DNA of 61,500 nucleotides from Candidatus Heimdallarchaeota archaeon. Lineage in GTDB: Archaea; Asgardarchaeota; Heimdallarchaeia; Heimdallarchaeales; Heimdallarchaeaceae. Positions 51,751 to 61,254 of this stretch are shown in pieces (position 1 is the stretch's first letter; each line of letters opens with the position of its first letter). The notes under the pieces were generated by a model, which saw nothing but the letters and a program-made list of their open reading frames with translations, searched no databases and was not told where the DNA came from. The position numbers were made by a program, and so were the translations under genes. Location: positions 1 through 61,500 of the forward strand of contig JAGLTB010000003.1 in assembly GCA_023270155.1 (NCBI GenBank), read 5' to 3'.

Positions 51751-51930
51751 TTACACATCATCTAATTCTTCGAAATTAAGTTTAAAGTGACTGGATGCAA
51801 GGAAAATTTCTGGATCCTGCATGAATTCAATCAAGCAATCTCTTTGGCAGAAATATAGTGTTTTATCTTTGTACGTTGTTTTAACAATATTAGTAGGAAT
51901 ATGTGCTCCACAACATGTTTTTGTTGCCAT
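51751..51930 (-). CDS. TRASH/YHS-type metal-binding small protein (59 aa, absent from ORF track)
   Basis: My translation is MATKTCCGAHIPTNIVKTTYKDKTLYFCQRDCLIEFMQDPEIFLASSHFKLNFEELDDV. It contains C-x20-C-x3-C (TRASH) and YFC...C...F..DPE (YHS-like). Confidence 0.65.
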   Translation of the reverse strand: MATKTCCGAHIPTNIVKTTYKDKTLYFCQRDCLIEFMQDPEIFLASSHFKLNFEELDDV

Positions 51931-52041
51931 GTGTATGTGATGTTTTATTTCTAATTAAAAATTGTGTTCACACATAAATTCTCATTGTGAGAAATTTAGC
52001 ATAAAGATTTAATATATTAAAAATGTTATAGGTATCGTAAA

Positions 52042-53961
52042 ATGACAAGCATAAAGATTCAAAAACTGACTCTAAGAACTTGCTTTGTAATTCTTTTCAT
52101 TTTTATTCTATTACTCCAACTTTCAAGTTTTGGGGTTAAAGGAATTCAAAGCGGAATAGACAATAATTCGAAAATAGCTCTAACATCATCATTTGGAATT
52201 GTTATAGATGATGCGAACATAACATATTACAGTTCTTCTGGAATAGGTTCTCAAGATGATCCATATATAATCGAAAACCTGATAGTTGATACTACAGACT
52301 CACTAGGCATAAAATTCAACTATGTTACATCATATTTTATTCTTCGTGATTCTTATGCAAAAGGATCAACTTATGGTGTTTATTTAAGTGGTGTTTCTGA
52401 AGGAAGATCCCAAATAATCAACTGTACAATTGAAGGAGGACTTTCATTAGGAGGGATTAACTCTCATTATATGACTGTTTACAATTGTACTCTTAGAGCT
52501 GGGCAAGGTTCTTCATTCTCTCGAGGATTGAATTTTACAAAAAATATCATGGAAATTAAAGGACCAGCTAGTAGCTCACTGTTGCATCTTACAGATGAGA
52601 ACAACATTATCGAAGATAATACTTTTATTGGAGATTCTTCAGCTGTCAGGATTAGTGATGCTCGTAATTCCTCATTTAGAAATAATATTTTCGAAGGTGC
52701 AGGATTTCGCATATATGAAAATAAAGTCATGGATATCCTGAATAACACTTATGAAAATAATATTGTTAATGGGAAACCTTTTGGATTCTTTTACAATCGA
52801 TCGGACGAAACTATAACTGGCAACCAATATGGGCAAATCTACATAATTAACTCTGATAACATTGATTTTGAAGGGTATGAGATGGGCTATGTAAACGTAG
52901 GAATACAAGTGCAAAAATGCACAGATATCTCGATAAAAAATGTTAATGTAACAGGGGATGATGGAATTGAAGCGAGAACAGGTGAAGGTCTGATAATAGA
53001 AGAATGTCATCTATATGGAGATGGAAATGGAATACAAGTGAGGGAAGTAAACAATACAGTTATTAGAAATAATTACCTTGAGCAATTTCGTTATGCTATG
53101 CAATGTGATATTATGGATGATGTCCAGATTCACAACAATACAGTATATAATGCAACAGAGATTGGTGTTAACTTTGAAGATGTTAATAACATACTCATGA
53201 CTTTCAACATAATCAGCTGTTTTGTGCAATCAGAAGGCAGTCAAATGTCTCTGGTCTTTGGTGTGTGCGAGAATGTCACTGTGTATTATAATATCTTCAT
53301 TAGCTTAGGAGATCTGATGGCTCATCCTGTTGAAGAATGGACAGTGACTAATATAATGTGGTACAACGACGTATTAGAAGTAGGGAACCATTATTCAGAT
53401 TGGAATGGTATGGGTACATACTCATTAACTGGCGATGGGGGAAGTGTAGACCTTTATCCTTTCATAGACATAGATGGAGATGATCTTACTGAATTTGAAG
53501 AAGTGATTGTATACTTTACAGATCCCTTCAATGCTGATAGCGATTCAGATGGTCTAGATGATGGTGAAGAGGTTAATACTTACGAAACTGATCCTCTCTC
53601 TGATGACAGCGATTCGGATGGTATGGATGATTTATGGGAAGTTACATATGGTACAGATCCCAATTCAGACGATGCAGATGAAGATCCAGATGAAGACGGA
53701 TTGACAAATGGTGAGGAATACAATCACAATACTCTACCAATGAACAATGATACTGATGGGGATGGATATCTAGATGGGGAAGAAGTTGATGCTGGAACAG
53801 ATCCTTTGAATAGTTCGAGTTTTCCAATAGTAGGCGGTAATCCTTACCTAGGACTTATTATAGGATTAGCTAGTGGATTTGGTGCAGCTGCGGGAATAGG
53901 TACGTACATTCTCATAAGGAAAAGAAAGACAAAAGCATCTTCTAAGAAAGGAAAGAAGTAA
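52042..53961 (+). CDS. Surface protein: signal/anchor, right-handed beta-helix (PbH1/NosD-like) repeats, TSP3-like Ca-binding repeats, C-terminal TM anchor
   Basis: Hydrophobic N-terminus. Repeated N-rich units of about 22 aa (NNIFEG, NNIVNG, NNTVYN). DSDSDGLDDGEE, DSDSDGMDD and DTDGDGYLDGEE repeats. C-terminal TM helix followed by RKRKTK. Confidence 0.7.
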   Translation: MTSIKIQKLTLRTCFVILFIFILLLQLSSFGVKGIQSGIDNNSKIALTSSFGIVIDDANITYYSSSGIGSQDDPYIIENLIVDTTDSLGIKFNYVTSYFILRDSYAKGSTYGVYLSGVSEGRSQIINCTIEGGLSLGGINSHYMTVYNCTLRAGQGSSFSRGLNFTKNIMEIKGPASSSLLHLTDENNIIEDNTFIGDSSAVRISDARNSSFRNNIFEGAGFRIYENKVMDILNNTYENNIVNGKPFGFFYNRSDETITGNQYGQIYIINSDNIDFEGYEMGYVNVGIQVQKCTDISIKNVNVTGDDGIEARTGEGLIIEECHLYGDGNGIQVREVNNTVIRNNYLEQFRYAMQCDIMDDVQIHNNTVYNATEIGVNFEDVNNILMTFNIISCFVQSEGSQMSLVFGVCENVTVYYNIFISLGDLMAHPVEEWTVTNIMWYNDVLEVGNHYSDWNGMGTYSLTGDGGSVDLYPFIDIDGDDLTEFEEVIVYFTDPFNADSDSDGLDDGEEVNTYETDPLSDDSDSDGMDDLWEVTYGTDPNSDDADEDPDEDGLTNGEEYNHNTLPMNNDTDGDGYLDGEEVDAGTDPLNSSSFPIVGGNPYLGLIIGLASGFGAAAGIGTYILIRKRKTKASSKKGKK

Positions 53962-54041
53962 TTTTTCTTTTTCACTCTTTTTCTTTATTTGTAAATTCAA
54001 AAGAATTAAATCTATTATTCTAATGATGGTAATTGACACAG

Positions 54042-55001
54042 ATGTTAGAAAAAAGAAAACTTGGAAAAACAGACATAGAAGTATCACCAATAGGAATTGG
54101 GGTGATGATGTGGATGGGAGGTAAAGGCTTAATGGGACGTATGGCACCTAACGTTTCAGAAGAAATAAGAAACGAAATAATCAAAGAATCATTTGCAGGA
54201 GGTATCAACTTCTTTGATACTGCTGAGATGTATGGTTTTGGTAATTCTGAAGCTAACTTAGCTAAAGCACTGAAAGCAAATAACATTGAAGATAAGGATG
54301 TAATTATTGGAACTAAATGGGGCCCTATTTTTAGAAGAGCAAGAAATATGCGTAGAACTATTAATAATCGAATTAGATATCTTGATGGTTATACTGTTGA
54401 TCTTTATATGATTCATCAACCACTCAGCTTCTCTTCAATTAAAACAGAAATGAAAGAATTAGCAAGACTTGTTGAGAATAAAAAGGTTAGATCTGTAGGA
54501 ATAAGCAACTATAATGCAGAGAAGATGCGAAAAGCTCACGAAGAATTGGAAAAACTTGATATTCCTTTAGCTGCCAATCAGGTTCATTACAGTCTGGTAA
54601 GAAGAAATATAGAAACTGATGGAATTTTGGATACAGCTAAGGAGCTAGGTGTTACAATCACTGCTTATACCCCCCTTGCTGGAGGTCTCTTAACTGGTAA
54701 GCTCCACAATAATCCAGAAGCCCTGAAGAATAAGTTTGCAATGTATCGGGTGGTTGCTAAGAGAAACTTGGAGAAGAGTATTCCAATAGTTAAGATTTTA
54801 ACAGAAATAGGCAAAGCACATGATGTTCTTCCAGGTCAAGTTGCACTTAATTGGTTAGTGACTTATCATGGAGATACTGTAGTAACTATACCTGGAGCAA
54901 CAAAAACTTATCAAGCAATAGAGAGTGCTGGAGCGATGTCTTTCAATTTAAGTAAAACTGAATTAGAGGAAATTGCTGAAGTGTCAGAAATCTTTCTTTA
55001 A
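54042..55001 (+). CDS. Aldo/keto reductase
   Basis: LGKTDIEVSPIGIG, FFDTAEMYG and IPGATK motifs. ATG at 54042, downstream of the track TTG. Confidence 0.85.
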   Translation: MLEKRKLGKTDIEVSPIGIGVMMWMGGKGLMGRMAPNVSEEIRNEIIKESFAGGINFFDTAEMYGFGNSEANLAKALKANNIEDKDVIIGTKWGPIFRRARNMRRTINNRIRYLDGYTVDLYMIHQPLSFSSIKTEMKELARLVENKKVRSVGISNYNAEKMRKAHEELEKLDIPLAANQVHYSLVRRNIETDGILDTAKELGVTITAYTPLAGGLLTGKLHNNPEALKNKFAMYRVVAKRNLEKSIPIVKILTEIGKAHDVLPGQVALNWLVTYHGDTVVTIPGATKTYQAIESAGAMSFNLSKTELEEIAEVSEIFL

Positions 55002-55109
55002 CTATTTTTTTTCTTTTTTTATTTGTTAATCTTTGCTAATGCAAATGAATATATACACGGGTATCAAAGATGCAAGAAAGTGAGACAATACTACTGAGAT
55101 GACATTGCA

Positions 55110-56585
55110 ATGACTGACCAAAATTTTACAGTTGATGAAATGGTCTCAAAAATTGAAGATAAACCATCAATTAGACAAGTACTAACAAATGCAACTTTTA
55201 TGGTTCTTTTTGCAGCTCAATTTATAGAAAACATTGGTAGATCAATATCTGGTTTAGCTATAGAATTCCTTATTTTCGAGCTTACAGCTAGCCCATTTTT
55301 GATGGGAGTTCTTTCCATAATATGGTTATCACCATTTGTTATAATAGCACCACTAGCTGGAGTTTTAGCCGATCGTTTCGATCAGAGAAAACTTATGCTA
55401 ATCTCAAATATAGTCAGTGCACTAGCTTCAGTCGGTTTTGTAATCACTTATCTTTTTATTAACCAACTAACACTGATTCATTATCCGCTTGGACAACCTG
55501 ATCAAATTAATACTCTCGTTACTATACAACTAGTTCCAAACTATCTTCATGTTCTTTGGCCACTATTTGTTCTTTGTTTCATAAATTCTGCTTCAGCAGC
55601 TTTCTTCTTTCCTTCAAGAAATGCTTACACTCGTTTAATAGTTAAGAAAAAGAATCTCCTGATAGCTAATTCAGTTGGATCTTCGGTGTTTCAGGTTGCC
55701 ACAATCTTCGGATTTGTTCTTGCAGGCTTATTAGCAGCACGAAGTTATCTGCTGAGTTTTATATTTGATGTAGGAACTTTTGCAGTATCTGGTATTCTAA
55801 TAGGAGTTATTTTCTTCATAGGAAGGAAACCTCCGGAGGTTGTGCGGGAGAAAAGTAAGAATATTAGACAGGAAATTCAACGCTTCGGTGAAGACATCAA
55901 AATTGGTTATCAAACAATTCGAGAACATCCTAAAATATCCTACATGCTCTTAGTTTTTTCTTTCACTACCTTTTCATTTGGAGCGATTAATGTTCTTTTC
56001 ATCGTAATTCTTCAAGGGGAAATGAATTTAGGTGCAACATGGTATGGAGTTTTGCAAGCTTTAATGGGAACGTCTGGAATTATTACGGCTATAGTCCTAA
56101 TGAGAATTGGGAAGATAAATCGGAAGATACTTGTTCTAAATATTACGTTTATTGCAATAACTGTGTCCATGTATATCTTCGCAGTTGTAAGAAACCTCTA
56201 TGTTATGATGGCGATTATGTTCGGTTATGGTATTATGGCAGTTTGTTTAAACGTTCCTTCCTCAACTTTAATCCAAGAATCAGTTCCATATGAACGACAA
56301 GGAAGAGTTTTTGGAACGCAACAATTGTTACAGGGAGTTGCACAATTATTGGGGATGGGGATTGTAGCTTTAATTGCGGAATATGTTCTACCCATGTACG
56401 TACTGCTTGCAAGCTCTGGCATTCTTACGATTGCAATTATCTTAGGTGTAATATATTCGGGTAGGAAAGGCTTGATGGGATCAGACTATCCGGAAACCAT
56501 CGTAGCAGAAGATATAATGAAAGAAAAGGCACAATCAGCGTTGGCAAATGGAATTTCTAGAAAACCACCAATAGAACAAGACTGA
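55110..56585 (+). CDS. MFS transporter
   Basis: About 12 TM helices and a GVLADRFDQRK loop motif between TM2 and TM3. Confidence 0.8.
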   Translation: MTDQNFTVDEMVSKIEDKPSIRQVLTNATFMVLFAAQFIENIGRSISGLAIEFLIFELTASPFLMGVLSIIWLSPFVIIAPLAGVLADRFDQRKLMLISNIVSALASVGFVITYLFINQLTLIHYPLGQPDQINTLVTIQLVPNYLHVLWPLFVLCFINSASAAFFFPSRNAYTRLIVKKKNLLIANSVGSSVFQVATIFGFVLAGLLAARSYLLSFIFDVGTFAVSGILIGVIFFIGRKPPEVVREKSKNIRQEIQRFGEDIKIGYQTIREHPKISYMLLVFSFTTFSFGAINVLFIVILQGEMNLGATWYGVLQALMGTSGIITAIVLMRIGKINRKILVLNITFIAITVSMYIFAVVRNLYVMMAIMFGYGIMAVCLNVPSSTLIQESVPYERQGRVFGTQQLLQGVAQLLGMGIVALIAEYVLPMYVLLASSGILTIAIILGVIYSGRKGLMGSDYPETIVAEDIMKEKAQSALANGISRKPPIEQD

Positions 56586-56646
56586 ACTTTTTTTAAACAA
56601 ATCTAGGGGACGAAACTTTTAAAATGGGAAAATTGCTACAAAACTC

Positions 56647-58707
56647 GTGATTTCTAACGAGCAAATTAAAGAAAAGGTTGAGGGGTTATTAGAAGAGCTC
56701 ACACTAGAAGAAAAGTACAAACTAATGGTTGGATTCTTTAGATTTCAGACAAACACTATTCCGAGATTAGGAATTAAAACATTCAAAGTAACTGACGGAC
56801 CTTTAGGAATTTCTCAGCATTCTAGCATGCTTAGAAAAAATACTAAGTTTCCAGCTGGGATCAATCTAGCAGCTTCTTGGAATCGAGAATTAGCTCATGA
56901 ATGTGGAGAAGCTATAGGTAGAGAAGCAAGAGCAACAGGCAGATTATGTGTCCTTGGCCCTGGAATCAATATTGGAAGAACACCTCTTAACGGGAGAACT
57001 TACGAGTATTATAGTGAAGATCCACACTTAACTAAGGAGATAGCAATACCGTTTGTCAAGGGAATTCAAAGTCAAAGAATAGCAGCATGTCCTAAACATT
57101 ATGTAGCAAATAATCAGGAGACTCACAGACACACTATTGATGTTCAAGTGGATGAAAGAACATTGCAAGAGATTTATCTCAGAGCTTTCAAAGAAATTGT
57201 AGAAGAAGCTGATCCATGGACTATAATGAGTGCGTACAACTTAGTTAATGGAGAGTATGTGCATGGAAGCTACAAACTGTTAAAAGAGATACTAATAGAC
57301 AAGTGGGGATTTAATGGTTTTGTAATGACAGACTGGTGGGCAACACAAGACAGAGGGGTAACACAACCAACAACCGAAATGGCAATAAATGCAGGCTTGA
57401 CCTTAGAGATGCCTGTTCCAATCCTTTATAGAGAAGAAGTTCTTCTTGAAAACTACAGTAAAGGAAAGTACACTGAAGAAGATATCAATGAACTAGTTAG
57501 AAGATTATTGCGTGTTTATACTCAAGTAGGGATGTTTGAAAAGGAAAAGGATTTACCAAAAGGAGAAAGAAACACCAAAAGACATCAAGAATTAGCAAGA
57601 AGAATGGCAGAAGGAGGTATTGTTCTACTAAAGAATGAGAAACAACTTTTGCCTTTGAACATTAGTGAAATTAATTCTATCGCTGTCTTAGGTCCTAATG
57701 CTAAAAGGAAGTTTGGAAAAATCTTACTTGGAGGAGCAGCAGCTGTAACTCCACCTTATGAAATCACACCCCTTAAAGGATTAAAAGAGAAATGCAAAGG
57801 AAAAGTAAAGATAATTAAAGATCCTTCCAGAGCAGACGTTGTTCTTCTTTTCATGGGCCTTAATCATGATTCCCAAATAACGTTATTATCTGACAAAACT
57901 AGAGAAGATAAACCTGAATTTGGAAAAGAATCAGAAGAAGTGGATAGAACAGTATTTGGATTACCAATAGCGCAAATTAAATTAATAAAGAAAACTATCG
58001 AAATTAACCCTAAAACCATTGTTATTCTAAATAATGCTAATCCAATATCTATGGAAGAATGGATTGAAAATACACCTGCAATTTTAGAAGTCTGGTATCC
58101 AGGAATGGAGGGGGGAAGAGCAATTGCTAGTGTTCTTTTTGGAGATGTAAATCCTTCTGGGAAAATACCATTGACTTTTCCAAAACAATTGAAAGATTGT
58201 CCCGCTCATAAATCAACTAAAACCTTTCCAGGAGAGGATCTCAAAGTTTACTATGAAGAAGGGATTTATGTCGGATATAGATATTTTGAGAAAGAAAGAA
58301 TAGAACCGTTATTTCCTTTTGGTTTTGGTTTATCCTATACTACATTTGAAATCAAAAATACAACTGCAGATAAAAGTAAATTGCAATCAAAAGAGGATTC
58401 GCTCAAAATAACTGCTGAAGTGATCAATACTGGAGAAAGAGAAGGAAGCGAAGTCATTCAGGTCTATTCAGAAGCACCAGGTAAAGCAGTTGATAGACCT
58501 GTAAAAGAATTGGTAGGATTCGAAAAAATCTTTCTAAAGAAAGGAGAGAAAAAGAACGTGGAAATTCAAATTAAAACAAAAGACTTAGCATTTTACGATA
58601 CAAAAAAAGATGATTGGAGCATTGAACAGGGTAAGCATATCCTGCACATAGGAAATTCTTCCACTAATATCTCTACGAAAATAGAAATTAAGATAAATTC
58701 TGATTAA
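56647..58707 (+). CDS. GH3 beta-glucosidase/beta-xylosidase family, cytoplasmic
   Basis: KHYVANNQE and the nucleophile region GFVMTDW. C-terminal fibronectin-like domain. No signal peptide. Confidence 0.88.
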   Translation: MISNEQIKEKVEGLLEELTLEEKYKLMVGFFRFQTNTIPRLGIKTFKVTDGPLGISQHSSMLRKNTKFPAGINLAASWNRELAHECGEAIGREARATGRLCVLGPGINIGRTPLNGRTYEYYSEDPHLTKEIAIPFVKGIQSQRIAACPKHYVANNQETHRHTIDVQVDERTLQEIYLRAFKEIVEEADPWTIMSAYNLVNGEYVHGSYKLLKEILIDKWGFNGFVMTDWWATQDRGVTQPTTEMAINAGLTLEMPVPILYREEVLLENYSKGKYTEEDINELVRRLLRVYTQVGMFEKEKDLPKGERNTKRHQELARRMAEGGIVLLKNEKQLLPLNISEINSIAVLGPNAKRKFGKILLGGAAAVTPPYEITPLKGLKEKCKGKVKIIKDPSRADVVLLFMGLNHDSQITLLSDKTREDKPEFGKESEEVDRTVFGLPIAQIKLIKKTIEINPKTIVILNNANPISMEEWIENTPAILEVWYPGMEGGRAIASVLFGDVNPSGKIPLTFPKQLKDCPAHKSTKTFPGEDLKVYYEEGIYVGYRYFEKERIEPLFPFGFGLSYTTFEIKNTTADKSKLQSKEDSLKITAEVINTGEREGSEVIQVYSEAPGKAVDRPVKELVGFEKIFLKKGEKKNVEIQIKTKDLAFYDTKKDDWSIEQGKHILHIGNSSTNISTKIEIKINSD

Positions 58708-59741
58708 AGACAAAGGTTGTATTCATTTACTAATTTCAATGTCAATTCAGATATACCCTCTAGAATTAGTAAAGCAGTCTCTTTAGAGAAGAATTTACTC
58801 CAATTCTTTGCAGATTTTTTTACATCTAATAATTTTCTTTCTGGTTCTAATTTATGAACTAAATTAGTATCCAATTGATCCATACCCCAGCAAAGGTTAA
58901 ACGCCGGCATGACACAAACATAGAAATATCCAATTCTCTCCAAATTCAGCTCTGAAGCTGGAGGAAAGTGAGTCTTATATTCTTTGAAAAATGTTTTCTG
59001 TAAATCTTCTCCAATATCACTATAGAGAATAAATGTACAAATCTCTTCTACAATGTCTCCATATTCAGAGTTTTCCCAATCAATCAACCATACCTTACCT
59101 TGAGAGTCAGTGATGAAATGTCCACCTAAATCACCGTGTAAAATTCCTGAGATTCCAAAAGAGAACAAATCCTTATTCTCATCAATTATTGTTTCATACT
59201 CGTCGAGTGCAAGAGAAAAGGCTTTAGAAATAGAGGGATTCATCAGATGAGGATAGTCTGTTTCTATGTGGTTCATCGTTTTCTTCAAAGCTTGATGATT
59301 CTTCTTCATTTGTTCTAATCCATCAGGAATTATTTCATAGTCCACATTATGGATATCTGCAATAGTACTAGCCATTTTCTTTATTGTAGCTTCATCTTGA
59401 TAATCTGAATGAACTCCTTCTGCAAAATCAAACACAACAGCACTATTTTTGAAAAATTCTTGATCAACATATCTTGGAGCAGGCACACATTGTACACCCT
59501 TATCAATAAAATCATTTCTTATTTTTGCTTCATTAAGGATCTTTTGAGTTCTTTCAGGATAGAGAGCAGTTTTCAAAGCATAGATAGTATCATTAGTGGT
59601 AATCTTGAAAACTGCAGAAGCTTCTCCTCTTCCTAAAAAGAAAATTTCCCCAATCTCCATTCCAAGTTTTTTAAATAGATTAGTAGCTGGTTCCTCTATA
59701 GTAATTGGATCAATCTCCTTGAATCGCTTGATTGTAATCAC
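58704..59741 (-). CDS. APH/choline-kinase family phosphotransferase
   Basis: Brenner-type motif ILHGDLGGHF and LIDWENSEYGD. Its stop codon overlaps the GH3 stop on the opposite strand (TTAA). Confidence 0.75.
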   Translation of the reverse strand: MITIKRFKEIDPITIEEPATNLFKKLGMEIGEIFFLGRGEASAVFKITTNDTIYALKTALYPERTQKILNEAKIRNDFIDKGVQCVPAPRYVDQEFFKNSAVVFDFAEGVHSDYQDEATIKKMASTIADIHNVDYEIIPDGLEQMKKNHQALKKTMNHIETDYPHLMNPSISKAFSLALDEYETIIDENKDLFSFGISGILHGDLGGHFITDSQGKVWLIDWENSEYGDIVEEICTFILYSDIGEDLQKTFFKEYKTHFPPASELNLERIGYFYVCVMPAFNLCWGMDQLDTNLVHKLEPERKLLDVKKSAKNWSKFFSKETALLILEGISELTLKLVNEYNLCL

Positions 59742-59838
59742 CTTGATGAAAAATGTTTCCTACACTTAAAATATTTATCAAAGATGGAATCTGAATCCTC
59801 TTTATCAGAGAACAAACACAAAAGGCTCAGTTTCTAGG

Positions 59839-59878
59839 AAAAAAAAGAGATTCTCTGGGTATTATCCAAGAGAATTTT
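59839..59878 (-). terminator. Hairpin followed by T8 on the minus strand, downstream of the 177-aa gene
   Basis: ATTCTCT (59850-59856) pairs with AGAGAAT (59869-59875) and is extendable by wobble pairs. An A8 run at 59839-46 reads as T8 on the minus strand. Confidence 0.55.
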
Positions 59879-59897
59879 GATAGTTTATGTATAGACA

Positions 59898-60431
59898 TTA
59901 GTTTATTCGGAATGTTCCAGGAGCATATTGAGGAGCTCCGAATGGATACCACCCGATAATCCCACTCATGTACACATTACGACCAATCCACGGTTCAAAG
60001 ATTCCATATGCTTCTTCAACATTGCCAGTCATATGATACTTGCTGTTTATCATATTAGTTATTCCAACGTCATAACCCCAGAGAGCTATATCACCTGGCT
60101 CGAAATCTCCTAAGGTTCCATCATCATTAAATGTGAAATAGAGTTCAAAGTAAATAACATAAATTTCCTCGAAGAAATGTACACTTGTACTAGGATCAGT
60201 ATCAAATGGTTTTCCTGATCCTATGGCAAAGAATGCCATACCATATTCTACACCATCGATAGTAATAGTTCCTATCCAATCAGGTATTTCAGCTTGTGGT
60301 CCAGGCCAAGCTAAATTAAACTGTAAGTCCATTGTTCCAATAAGGGGTTTTTTAGCAGTTACTGCTGCTAAAGTTGATACTAATGTCATAAGGGAAATTA
60401 CTAATATCACAGATGTTAATTTTTTTCTCAT
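59898..60431 (-). CDS. Secreted beta-rich protein, unknown function
   Basis: Signal-peptide-like N-terminus (MRKKLTSVILVISLMTLVSTLAAVTA). No known motif. Confidence 0.5.
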   Translation of the reverse strand: MRKKLTSVILVISLMTLVSTLAAVTAKKPLIGTMDLQFNLAWPGPQAEIPDWIGTITIDGVEYGMAFFAIGSGKPFDTDPSTSVHFFEEIYVIYFELYFTFNDDGTLGDFEPGDIALWGYDVGITNMINSKYHMTGNVEEAYGIFEPWIGRNVYMSGIIGWYPFGAPQYAPGTFRIN

Positions 60432-60576
60432 CCTATTATCCTTCCTTTATCGATTTTATTTTTTAGTAATATTACTTTATTACTACAATATTTTGTTCCT
60501 TCTATTATTTAAGCATTATGTATAAATACAAAAAATTTAAAATGACCTGTTGAGAGTACTACCATGTGTAAAAATA

Positions 60577-61197
60577 ATGCCAGAAGTAAAGATTAAACGA
60601 GGAAGACCCAGAAAGTACCCTAAGGGAGACACGTATGCTAGACAAAAAGCATACTATGAACGCAAAAAGAAGAAAATTAAAGAATTGGAAGAAAAAGTGA
60701 AAGCACTTCAAAAAGGTAGAGATCTATCCCCAGAGCAGAAAAAATTACTTAAAGATCTGGATTTACTAGAGTATGAAACTATTAATTGGACTAAGATTAC
60801 ACCGAATGAAATAGCTTTAATGGGTCCGCAAGAATTGGAAATAACAATTGAAGATTTTAAGAAAATTGCAGATAATAATACACAACTGCGATTTCATATT
60901 CTCAACCTTATAATAAAAACAATTAGTATAGACTATTTACATTCCTCAGATGATTTATCTACAAAAGATCTTTTGAAAATGTTGAAAGAAGATGTTAGTA
61001 GTATCCTTGATGCAGGATACGAAACAATTCAACAACAGATGCTTCTTTATCTTATGGAAGCAGAATTAGCAAGTAGAGAAAGGTCCTCCACTAGAGAGAA
61101 GAAACTAGATATTTTTGAAGCAAAAGTAGAGGAATTAGAAAGAGATGCAAAAGTGAAAGAAAAAGAAATTAAAAAGATTGAAAAGCTCACAGAGTAG
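60577..61197 (+). CDS. AT-hook plus basic/coiled-coil protein
   Basis: KRGRPRKYP matches the AT-hook core. It is followed by the basic stretch ERKKKKIKELEEKVKAL and a C-terminal coiled coil. ATG at 60577. Confidence 0.55.
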   Translation: MPEVKIKRGRPRKYPKGDTYARQKAYYERKKKKIKELEEKVKALQKGRDLSPEQKKLLKDLDLLEYETINWTKITPNEIALMGPQELEITIEDFKKIADNNTQLRFHILNLIIKTISIDYLHSSDDLSTKDLLKMLKEDVSSILDAGYETIQQQMLLYLMEAELASRERSSTREKKLDIFEAKVEELERDAKVKEKEIKKIEKLTE

Positions 61198-61254
61198 CGA
61201 TGTTTCTTCTTTTCTGATAAAGTTTAATAATGGCAAAGAGAAGCTCTATTTTGA

